NCBI RefSeq assembly: GCF_963921235.1
Contig: NC_086097.1
Span: forward strand, 144,958,001 to 145,018,000
DNA: 60,000 nt
From: Mobula hypostoma
Taxonomy: Eukaryota
Direction of reading: 5' to 3'
The notes under the pieces were generated by a model. That model was given only the letters and a program-made list of their open reading frames with translations, was not told the origin of the DNA and made no database searches. The first letter of the stretch is position 1. The number at the start of each line of letters is the position of its first letter. This document shows positions 49,978 to 60,000 of the stretch, in pieces. The position numbers and the translations under genes are program-made.

Positions 49978-52900
49978 TTCAAAGTTGAAAATTTGAAGTA
50001 AATTTATGATCAAAGAACATATATGTCACCATATACAATCCTGAGGCTCGTTTTCTTGTGGGGAGTCACAGTAAGTACAAGAAACACAAATAGAATCAAT
50101 GAAGGACCGCACCCAACAGAACGGACAACCAATGTGCAAAAAAAAAGAACTCTGTAAGTACAAAAAGAAAGAAAAGGAAAAAAAAAGAAATAATAAACAA
50201 ACAAACAAACAAATAAATAAATGGATAGATAGATAGATAGATAGATAGATAAATAAATAAATAAATAAATAAATAGATATTGAGAACATGAAATGAAGAG
50301 TCCTTAAAAGCAAGTTCGGTTTTGGGAACAGTTCGGTGATGGGGGCAAATTATGAGCCTGATGATTGAGGGGTAATAACTGTTCTTGAACCTGGTCATGT
50401 GGGTCCTGAGGTTCCTTTTCCTTCTTTCTGATGGTAGCAGTGAGAAGAGAGCATGGCCTGGATGGTGGGAGTATTTGATGATGGAAGCTACATTCCTGCA
50501 ACAGCGTTCCAGATAGATGCGTTCAATGATGGGGAGGGCTTTGCCATTGATAGAATGGACTGTATCCACAACTGTTTTCAGTCTTTTCCATACAAGGCCA
50601 TTGGTGTTCCCATACCAAGCCATAATGCAACTAGTCAATATATTTTCAGACATACATCTATGGAAGTTTGTCAAAGTTTTAGCTGACAAAACTATTTCCT
50701 TTGATGCCCTGGCCGATCAGGAAACTATCAACTTCTGCCTTAAATATACCGACAGACTTGACCTCTACCACAGTCCGTGGCAGAGCGTTCCACAGATTCA
50801 CTAATCACTGGCTTAAAAAGATCCTCCTTACCTCTGTTCTAAAAGGTTGCCCCTCAATTTTGAGGCTGTACTCTCTAGTTCTGGATACCCCCCAGCATAA
50901 GAAAATCTTCTCCACATCCACCCTATCTAGTCCTTTCAACATTCAGTAGGTTTCAGTGAGATCCCCCCTCAATGAGTGAAAGGGTATTGTTGTTGCATCA
51001 CTCAGCCAGATTTTCAACCTTCCTTCTATATGCTGATTCGTCACCACCGCTGATTCAGCCAAAGTCAGTGGTGTCATCAGCAAACTTAAATGTAGCTTGG
51101 AGCTGCACTTAGCCTCACAATCATAAGTAGAGCAGGGGCTAAGCACACAGCCTCGGGATGCACCTGTGCTGAGGGAGACTGTGGAGGAAATATTGTTGCC
51201 AATCCAAATTGACTGGGGTCTGCAAGTAAGGAAATCGAAGGTCCAGTTGTATGAGGAGGTTTTGAGGCTGAGGACTTGAAGCTTATCGATTAGCTTTGAG
51301 GGGATGATGATATTAAATGCCAAGCAGTACTCAATGAAGAGCTTCCTAATGTATACACCTTCACTGTCCAGATGTTCCAGTATTGAGTGAAGAGCCAAAA
51401 AAATGGCATCTGCTGTTGACCTGCTGTGAGAGTAGACAAATTGGAGTGGATCCAAATTGCTTCTCAAGTAAGAGTTGATATGTTTCATAACGAACCTCTC
51501 AGAACATCTCATTATAGTGAATATAAGTGCCATTGGATGATAATCATTGAGGCAGCTCATCACGTTCTTCTTAGGCACTGGTATAATTGAAACCCCCTTG
51601 AAGCTAGTGGGTACCTCACTCTGCCAAAGTGAGAAGTTAAAGATATCGCTGAACATGCTAGCCAGTTGAGCAACACAGGTCTTTAGAACTTGGCCAAGCA
51701 CCCCATCTGGGTTCATCCTCCTGAAGAATGATCTCACGTCAGCCTCAGAGTCTGAAATCACAGGGTCATCAGCGTTGTATGAGTTTGTGAAGGTGCCTCC
51801 ATGCTTCTTTGGTCAAAGCAGTACAGAAGGCATTGAACTCATCTGGGAGTGAAACCTTTTTGCCACCTATGTTGCTTGGTTTCACTTTGCAGGAGATGAT
51901 GGCATTCAAGCCCCACCATAGCTGTTGAGCAGCCTTCAAGTTTGGTCCAGGATTGCCACTTTGCCCATGAGATGGCTTTCTGGAGATCGTACCTGAACCC
52001 TTTGTATTTTACTTGGGCGCCAGACCTGAATGCCACTGATCTGGCCCTCGGCACCTTGCAGATTTCGTGGTTTATCTAGGGCTTCTAGTTGGGGAAGATT
52101 CTGAATGATTTTGGTGGGACACGCTGACCTTCAACTGTTTTTATGAAGTCCATAACAAATGTCATGTATTCATTCAGATCCTCTGATGAGTCCTTAAACA
52201 TGGCCCAGTCTACTGATTCAAAGCAATTCCGGAGTCGCTCCTCAACCTTCTGCGATCACCTCTTTGTTGTCCTTATCTCTGGAGCCTTGTAGTTTAGCCT
52301 TTGCCTGTATGCAGGTAGGAGGATATCAGTCGGATGATCAGATTTTCCAAACTGTGGTCTAGCCATGGAACGGTAGGCATTCCTGATCATAGTGTAACAG
52401 TGGTCAAGTGTGTTGGGGCACTTGGTGCTGCAGGTGAAATGTTGTTGATAACTGGGCTGAGATTACTTCAAACAAGCCTGATTGAAGCTCCTAACTCTGA
52501 TTTGAAATGTGTCAGGATAGGCTGTTTCTTTTTGCATTCAATACGTCGAGTGCTTTTTTTAACATCTGCCTTTCATGGTATGTAAACTGTGGTTGGGATC
52601 ATGGAGGAGAATTCTCTTGGTAAGCAGAACAGTCGGCATTTAATCATCAGCTGTTCCAAGTTGGAGGAACAAGAGTGCGACAAGACTGCTTTGTATGAGC
52701 ACCACAAGGAATTTATCATAAAACACAGACCATCGTATTCCTCCTCCAAATCATCAGTCCAGTCCATCCAGTGTATCAAGAAGCCCTCGAGTCTTTCCAA
52801 GATATCTGGCATTCCAGAGTGAGCCACGTCTCAGAACACAGCGCACAGCAATTTCTCATTTCCCACTGTTATAGCAATCTTCCCTTAGGTCCTCAGTCTT

Positions 52901-53200
52901 GTTCTTGAGTGACTGTACATTTGCTAACAAGATGCTGAGAAGAGGGAGTTTCATCTTTTGGCATTTCTGTCTGGCTTGGTTTCCTCCCTGCTTCCCTCTC
53001 TTTTGGCCATCTTAACATACCTTCGTCCACTTAAAAGTACCGTACCTGCATGCTTGAGAGGTAAATCCACTGAGTCTTACAGAAGATCGTGAAATTGCTA
53101 GTTCGTAAAGTATGTTGCTTATAGGGAAATTACAAGCTGAAGATTGCAGAGAGAGTAATTCAGCAGAAGTATGTTTAGAAGTTTTGTAAGCCTTCTGTAT
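49978..53200 (-). mobile_element. Near full-length decayed Rex1/Babar LINE (APE + RT) with a nested CR1 piece at ~50695-50970
   Basis: LLANVQSL, ETWL, IKCRLFCLPREFS..VYIP (APE); PVPKK..CLNDY, DPLQF..RSTADAI (RT); HHPGHALFSLLPS; 3' tail. Confidence 0.9.
50185..50278. repeat. Compound microsatellite (AAAC)n(GATA)n(AAAT)n
   Basis: Directly visible inside the Rex 3' UTR. Confidence 0.9.
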
Positions 53201-53264
53201 CATATCACCATAGTTCACCAGCACCATCTTGGCCAATTCCAGTTGTTCATCTTACCTAGATCCC

Positions 53265-53460
53265 TGATGATTGTATATATCTTTGTAAGGATATCCCTCA
53301 ACCTCCGACATTCCGGGGAGAAAAATCCCAGAGTACCCAGCCTCTCCTTATAATGTAAGCCTCCCAGTACCAGTAACAACCTTGTGAATCTTCTCTGCAC
53401 CCTCTCCGGTGTAGTGAGATCTGAGCAACCAGAACTGCATACAGCCATTCACTTGTGCAC
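53265..53460 (-). mobile_element. CR1 fragment
   Basis: ERVQRRFTRLL..YKERLGTLGFFS..RRLR. Confidence 0.75.
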
Positions 53461-55735
53461 AAAGTCTGGGACATAGTGTGAGTCAGACTGCGGCCAGGTT
53501 TTGCTTTATTAGTAATGAGACACCTTTCCCCAATTAAGACACCAGTCCTCAGATGTTTTTTTGAGAAGGACCTGACCTAGTTGATGGGACTGCAAAGATT
53601 TTTGTTAGATCCAAATTCACTGCTGGGATTGATGTCAGGTACAATACCTCATTTCATTGTTAATCTGTTTGAATGTGGCCTGTGCAGATTTAAACTACAG
53701 CAAAGATGTACTGTATTACGAGATTATCACAGACAAAATGCTGGAGGAACTCAGTAGGTCAGACAGCATCTATGGAGAAGAATAAAGAGTAACATTTCTG
53801 GCCGAAGCCCCTCAAAAGGAATTCATAATCTGCATCGTCAAGGCTTGCGCTGATGTTTCTTTGTAATTGTTTCAGGATTGTTGGGCTTACTGTCATTTAA
53901 AACGGAGGTATGTAGAAAATTTCTCTCCCAAACTCCAGGGCGCTAAATCTAAATTGATAAATTGTTAAATTTGCTTATTATTGTCACTCGTAACAAGGTA
54001 CAATCAAAAAAGTTACTTTGCATACAGATCATTACATCATATCAATTCACTGAAGTAATACAAGGGAAAGAACTAACAGAATGCAAAATAAAGCAATACA
54101 ATTACAAAGAAACTACAGTGCAGACCATGAAAAAGTAGACTGGGAGGTCAAGATTCCAGATTATCAAACAGGGCACCATTCAGTAATCTTATAACGGCAG
54201 GATAGAAGCTGTCCCTGATCCTGGTGATACACACTTTCAGACTTTCAGTTTTTCTGCTGTACAATTTTGTGAGGAAGAGGAAATAGATACTTCTTGTAAA
54301 GGTTGGTGAATAAGAGCACAGAAAAGGAGAAGTGTACTGGGGCAGTTCAGCTATGATCAAATTGATTGACAAGGCAGATTTAAGAGGCCAAATGGTCTAT
54401 TCGTGTCCTGTTTTCTTATGTTCTACCTCTTACTGTAGGCTATTTTGTTTTACAAAGTACTCTTGCTAATTTGAATCACCAGCTAATTATCAGTGTCTGA
54501 GACATGGTGTCAGAAGCAAAGTTTGATGAAATTTAGGCTCCACATGTTACAAAATAAGATAATATGTTAACAGGAAACAAGAAGCAATAAAATCTGTGAA
54601 TCAACTTAGGTCACAGTGATTGGAACAAATCCCAATGCCTGAACTGTTAAATTTCCAGGCAGGTGACCTGCCTAAAGAATTGAAACAGGGGGATAAAATG
54701 CTACAATACATTTTGAGCAGGCTATGAAAAACAAACAGGAACAAATGAAATTTATCTTAGCATATATAAAGCAAGAGAACTGTACCGGTTGAGACTTGTT
54801 GCATTAAATCTATTTCAAATGCTGTTAACCCATATAGAAATGGAACATCCGGCCTTTATCTGTTCTTTCTTCCAACAATAGGTTGGGAGAATCTGAAAAG
54901 GGCTCTTCAAATATTTGCAGCTCACAATTTTTATAGAGATTTGAAGCACTCACTCATCAGAGATCAGCCGCAGTAATGAAGTCTTAGTTTTATTAGGTCT
55001 GAACTGACTTAAGTTGAGATATGAGGTCTGATAAGTTAATATCTGGGTCAAGACTTCACTAGTTACTTTCATGTGTACAAGGATTAACTGGAAAGCAACA
55101 CGATCCAATTGCCTGCTAGTATTCAGAGACCTTAACACATCAACTTTAGCCACGTATCAGGGACTTGGTTACAATATTAAGTAGTGGTGTCACAGGAAAA
55201 CTGAATGGATTAAAAAGACTGGCTGGAATGCCTATGCAAGTAAAAGCAAGCTAATTGTAACTCAAATGTCCAAGAGTGTCTTGGTAGACTTTGTAGTAAA
55301 ATTTACATCATAACAAATGACAACTTCACAACTCAATCATACACTGTAATAACAACAACATGAAGAACAGAGTGGGGAATGAGTTCATCAGAACAGTGGA
55401 GACAACTTATTCAATCAGTGTTTCTGGCTCGATAAAGAAGGTTCCTGTTTTGCTTGTAGCAAATGAACGTCCAAACATAACAAATTTCAGTCAGGGAACA
55501 TCTAGGAACTGACGGTCTTATTAGTTAGAATACACATGGAAAATTATTTTGAACAATTTGGGGGTAAGACAGTTAACTAGAGAAGGACTAACTACGTTGT
55601 GCATATCTGGCCCAGGTAAATTGGAATCAAAACTTGAAAGGATAAACAGCAATTGAACAATGGGAGATGGTTGGGACAGACATGTTTCAAAGTTCAAAAG
55701 TTCAAAGTAAGTTTATTATCAAAGTACATATATGT

Positions 55736-56289
55736 TGTTGTTCGTCCATCGTTGACGTCGATGAGGACCTTGACACCATAATGATGGTGTCGAGACTAGC
55801 GCATGATTTGGATTTAAGTGAGGGAGAGTTGCGCAGCATCAGCCTCACTCTCTCTTCCCAATTCCCATCTGGGTCCAGTGGCAAGACAGAGTCTAGACGG
55901 CTGGAGATGGGACTAGGCGCAGTGGATGACCAGGACATCTTCTGTGTCTTGTCCTGCTCTACACATTCCATGACGCTTGCAGAAACCGCCTCCTTGACTG
56001 TTGGACCTTCCATTGGTCTCGTCTGCTCAATCCACCAGAGTCTGCCTTCATATGCTGGGATAGACAACTCCCTATCTCACCGAGGGTTTGAGACCCGTCG
56101 GCTACCCTCACCTGGTTTAGCCCGCTTGTCGAAGCTGTTGCCTGGGGTGTGGCCGCTGTCGCATGCAAACAGCTATGGGGAGCCACAGGTGAGAGCTGAG
56201 TGCCAGGTGGAGACCAAAGGTGGACTAACCGCCCTGAAAAGCACGCGACATGTTCCCCCACCAGAGGTGCTACCCCTCCCTGACACCCC
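55736..56289 (-). mobile_element. Young RTE-derived SINE / non-autonomous RTE
   Basis: 5' GGGGTGTCAGGGAGGGGTAGCACCTCTGG, 3' (CAA)n tail, 9-bp TSD CATATATGT (55727-55735, 56298-56306), CpG-rich; inserted in a Rex tail. Confidence 0.85.
56104..56289 (-). ncRNA. Predicted HDV-like self-cleaving ribozyme at the 5' end of the RTE-derived SINE
   Basis: P1 GGGGUGU/ACACCCC, P2 CUCUCACCUG/CAGGUGAGGG, P3 GGC/GCC, L3 starting UCC, J4/2 GCUAAA, in the nested double-pseudoknot order. Confidence 0.65.
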
Positions 56290-56404
56290 ATATACCCCAT
56301 ATATGTCACCATATACTACCTTGAGTTTCAGTTTCTTGCAGATATTCACAGTAGAACAGATAAGTACAATAGAATTAATTTTAAAAACTACACACAAAAG
56401 ATAT

Positions 56405-56863
56405 CAATGAGATTGAAAAAGCGATATAACGGACTTTTAACATTGTAAACCAGTGAGTTGTTTGTTATGTCTCCCCGCTCGTTGGGAAAACGGAGACAAC
56501 TCTTTCTCCCTATTAGGGAGAGAGAGAGAGCCTGTGGTATGTCATATACCGGGTGAAACGCAAAGTCTCTGGGGTAACTGCAAGTCTATGTCTTTGCTAT
56601 TGCTTTGTTCACACTTCAGTGCTCGGTGGTGGGCGCTGATGCTTTTTTTTTGCTGGTGGGGGGGAGGGGGAATTGTTGTTTGCTGCCGCTTATGTGTGGG
56701 AAGGGGGAGCTGGGAGGGGGAATTTGGGGTTCTAACATTTAATTGTTCATTCTTTGGGCACTCCTCTGTTTACGTGGATGGCTGTGAAGAAGAAGCATTT
56801 CAGGATCTATATTGTATACATTTCTCTGACAAGAAATCGGACCTTCGACCTTTGAACCTTTGA
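56405..56863 (+). mobile_element. Non-autonomous element with Rex-like (TTTGAACC)n tail
   Basis: Non-coding, CpG-retaining segment ending TTTCAGG..TGTATACAT..GACCTTTGAACCTTTGAA. Confidence 0.5.
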
Positions 56864-57355
56864 AAGAGTGCAGAGAAAATTTATAAGGATGTTGCCAGGA
56901 CTTGCGGACCAGAGTTATAGGGAAAGCTTGAGTAGATTAGGGCTTCATTCCCTGGAGCGTAGAAGAACGAGCAGAAATTTAATAAGGCATACAAAATTAT
57001 GAAAGGTATAGATAGGGTAAATGCAAACAGGCTTTTTCCACTGAGGTTGGGTGACGAGAACAGAGATCATGAGTTGAGGGTGAAAGGTGAAATGTTTAAG
57101 GTGAACACAAGCAGGAACTTCTTCACTCAGAGGGTGGTGAGAGTGTGGTAAGAGCTGTTAGCAGAAGTGGTGGATGCGGATTTGACTTCAACACTTGAGG
57201 GAAATTTGGATAGGTATAAGGATGGGAGGTGTATGGAGGGCCGTGGTCCGGATGCAGGTCGATGGAACTATGCAGACTAATGGTTCAGCACAGACTAGAT
57301 GGTCTGAAGGGCCAGTTTTTGTGCAGTAGTGCTTTATGACTCTATGACACTATGA
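56860..57355 (+). mobile_element. CR1 3' fragment
   Basis: ERVQRKFIRMLPG, FFTQRVVRVW; (CTATGA)n tail. Confidence 0.85.
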
Positions 57356-58645
57356 CAAAGACTGAAAAACCACCACAATGTGCCAAAGAAGGCAAACTGT
57401 GCAAATATAAAATAATTAAATCAATATGTAAATAAAAGCTACTGAGACGTGAAAGTGTTTGAAAGTTGTAGAGTCCTTGAAAGTGTGTACATAGGTTGAG
57501 GGATCAGTTCAGAGCTGAGGTGAGTGAAGTTATCCATGTTGGTTCCATAGCAGATGGTTGAAGAATATCTATTCCTGAAACTTGTGGTGTGGGTCTAAAG
57601 CTCATGTACCTCCCTCCTGATGCCAGCAGTGAGAAGAGAGGGGTGCCTAGATGGTGGGAATTCTTGATGATGCTGCTTTCTTGTGACAATGCTCCTTGTG
57701 AATGTGCTCAGTGGTGGAGAGGGCTTTATTCATGATGGACTGAGCTGTATCCATTACTTTTTGGAGGCTTTTCATTCTTGAGCATTGGTGTTTCCACACC
57801 AGACCATGATGAAACCAGTCAGGATACTCTTCGCTGTGCATCTATCAAAGTCAGTCAAAGTTTATGGTAACTTACAAAATTTGTGCAAACTTTTAAAAAT
57901 GTAGAGGTGCTGATATGCCTTTTCTTTGTGATGGTAGTTAAGTGTTGGTCCCAGAACACATACTCTGGTATGATAATGCTAAGGAATTTAAAGTTATCAA
58001 ACCTCTCCTCCACTGATCCCCTATTGAGGTCTGTTTCATGGACCTTTGGCTTCATTTTCCTGTAGTCAATAATCAGCTCTTTGGGGTTGCTGGTTTTGAG
58101 TGAGAGTTTGTTGTTGTGGCATCATTTAACCAGATTTTCAATCTCCCTCCCATATGCTCATTCATCACCACCTTTGATTCAGCCAACAGCAGTGGTGTCA
58201 CCAGCAAACCTAAATATAGTGTTGGAACTGTACATAGCCACACAGTAGAGCAGAAGGATAAGCACACAGCCTTGTGGTCCACCTGTGATGATGGTGATTG
58301 TGGAGGAGGAGATGTTGTTGCCATTCCGAACTGACTAGGGTCTGCAAATGAGAAAATCAAGAATTCCGTTGCACAAGGAGTTATCAAGGCCTAGGTCTCG
58401 GAGTGCAGTGTTCTTTTTGGGGGGATGATAGAGTTGAACGCTGAGCTGTAGTCAATGAAGAGCATCTGGTTGTATGCACCCTCACTGACCAGATGTTGCA
58501 GAGCTGAGTGAAGATCCAATGAAATGTCATCTGCTATTGACCTGTTGTAATGGTAGGCAAATTGAAGTGGATCCAAGTCCCTCTTCAGCCAGGAATTGAT
58601 ATGCTTCATGACCAACTACTCAAAGCACTTCAGCACAGTGGATGA
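57355..58645 (-). mobile_element. Rex1/Babar LINE RT region; its tail lies at ~55687-56405, split by nested inserts
   Basis: LDPLQFAYHYNRS, FIDYSSAFN, NFKFLSI, SLLASGGRY. Confidence 0.85.
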
Positions 58646-58654
58646 GAGTGACGG

Positions 58655-59030
58655 AGGATGGGAGGTGACCTGATAGAGGTGCATAAGATGATGAGGAGCA
58701 TTGATCGTGTGGATAGCCAGAGGTTGAAATGGCTAACACAAGGGGCATAGGTTTAAGGTGCTTGGAAATAGGTACGGAGGGGATGTCAGGGATACGTTTT
58801 TCACACAGAGTGCTGGGTACGTGGAATGCACTGCCAGCCGTGGTAGTGGAGGTGGATACAATAGAGTCTTTTAAGAGCTTCTTCGATAGGTACATGGAGC
58901 TTAAAAAGATAGAAGGCTATGCGCTAGGGAAATTCTAGGCAGTTTCTAGAGTAGATTACACAGTTAGCACAACATTGTGGGCCGAAGGGCCTGTAATGTG
59001 CTGTAGATTTCTATGTTCTATGCTCTATGA
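58655..59030 (+). mobile_element. CR1 3' fragment
   Basis: GDLIEVHKMM, HRVLGTWNALP; (TTCTATG)n tail. Confidence 0.85.
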
Positions 59031-59717
59031 TACCTCTTGAAGCAGGTTACCACATTCATCTTGGGCACCGGTATAACTGAAGACTGCTTGAAACTGCATT
59101 CCCATGAAAAATTAGGGGAATTAAACTAAAGCCAGAACTCCCGGAATGCCCATAAAAAGACAGCAATTAGAGCAAAAAAAACCCATCAGTTTTCACCAAA
59201 GAAAAAGATATTTCTGGACACTCAGAAAAGGACAATGTGAATGGAATAAAAATAAGAAAAGATACAATAAAGGCCAGCTGCATTGAAATGGGATACACGT
59301 ATTTGCTCTGACAGAATGGAGAGTAATTTTCCATAGGAAACAAGTGAGGAAAGTATGGATATTCCAAACATCTACAGAATCTGGAGTGGTGCCAGAGAAA
59401 TTCTTCAAAAGGGATAGGTTTTAATTCCAATTAAAATAATAATTAGAGAATATATTGTGAACTGAATAAAGAGAACCAGCAAATGCAAATCATAATCTGC
59501 TTAACTTTTGACCTGTGTGAAAGGAACTTTTGAGCCCAAAATGGTCTAACCAGCCATCGCTGTTCACATTGTAACACCATAGGTGAGATGTCATAGTCTC
59601 ACTAAAGACCGACTGATGAACAAACCATTTTAACTACTTTCGTTGATTTTGATGAAGTAACAATGAAGTTAATGATAGTAATATAGTTAATATGAGAGAT
59701 ATGGACTTCCAAAATAT

Positions 59718-60000
59718 ACCTGGTGTTCACTTTATTAGATGCATCTGTACATATGCTTATTAATGCAAATATAGCAACTCAATGCATAAAAGCATGCAGG
59801 CATGGTCAAGAAGTTCATTTGTTGTTCAGACCAAACTTCAGAATGGGGAAGAAATGTGATCTAAGTGATTTGAGGATGGAATAATTGTCAGGGGCAAAAT
59901 AGCATGGTTTGAGTGTCTCTGGAACTGCTGATCTCCTGGGATTTTAAAACACAGAAGTCTCTAGAGTTTACAGAGTAACAAAAAGCATCCAGTGAGTGGT
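59718..60000 (+). mobile_element. Tc1-like DNA transposon 5' end with decayed transposase start
   Basis: CACTTTATTAG terminal motif; ATG at 59843 giving MGKKCDLSD...GLSVSGTADLLGF..VSRVYR (helix-turn-helix). Confidence 0.8.

Noticed and set aside
55667..56410. 247-aa ORF as a novel gene
   Set aside because: It runs antisense across a TSD-flanked SINE and into Rex tail sequence, with no recognisable domain

Overview
Eukaryotic, vertebrate-type genomic DNA that is intronic or intergenic and saturated with transposable elements. The repeat mix (CR1 LINEs with (TTCTATG)n tails, Rex1/Babar LINEs, Penelope-like elements, V-SINE/HE1-type and DeuSINE-type SINEs) suggests a cartilaginous fish, probably a ray; this is an inference. 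I recognise no host protein-coding gene, and every recognisable ORF derives from a transposon. Main contents: many nested CR1 copies (one near full-length with esterase ORF1 and APE+RT ORF2), a decayed chromodomain-bearing Ty3/Gypsy element, Penelope-like elements, RTE, L1 and Tc1 fragments, a palindromic mariner-type MITE and a 1.2-kb 16-bp minisatellite. The most notable signals are retroelement-encoded RNA structures. One is a predicted HDV-like self-cleaving ribozyme at the 5' end of a young RTE-derived SINE (56104-56289, minus). The others are several minimal hammerhead ribozyme motifs in Penelope-like ends. All family assignments come from motif recognition by eye, not database searches, and many boundaries are approximate.
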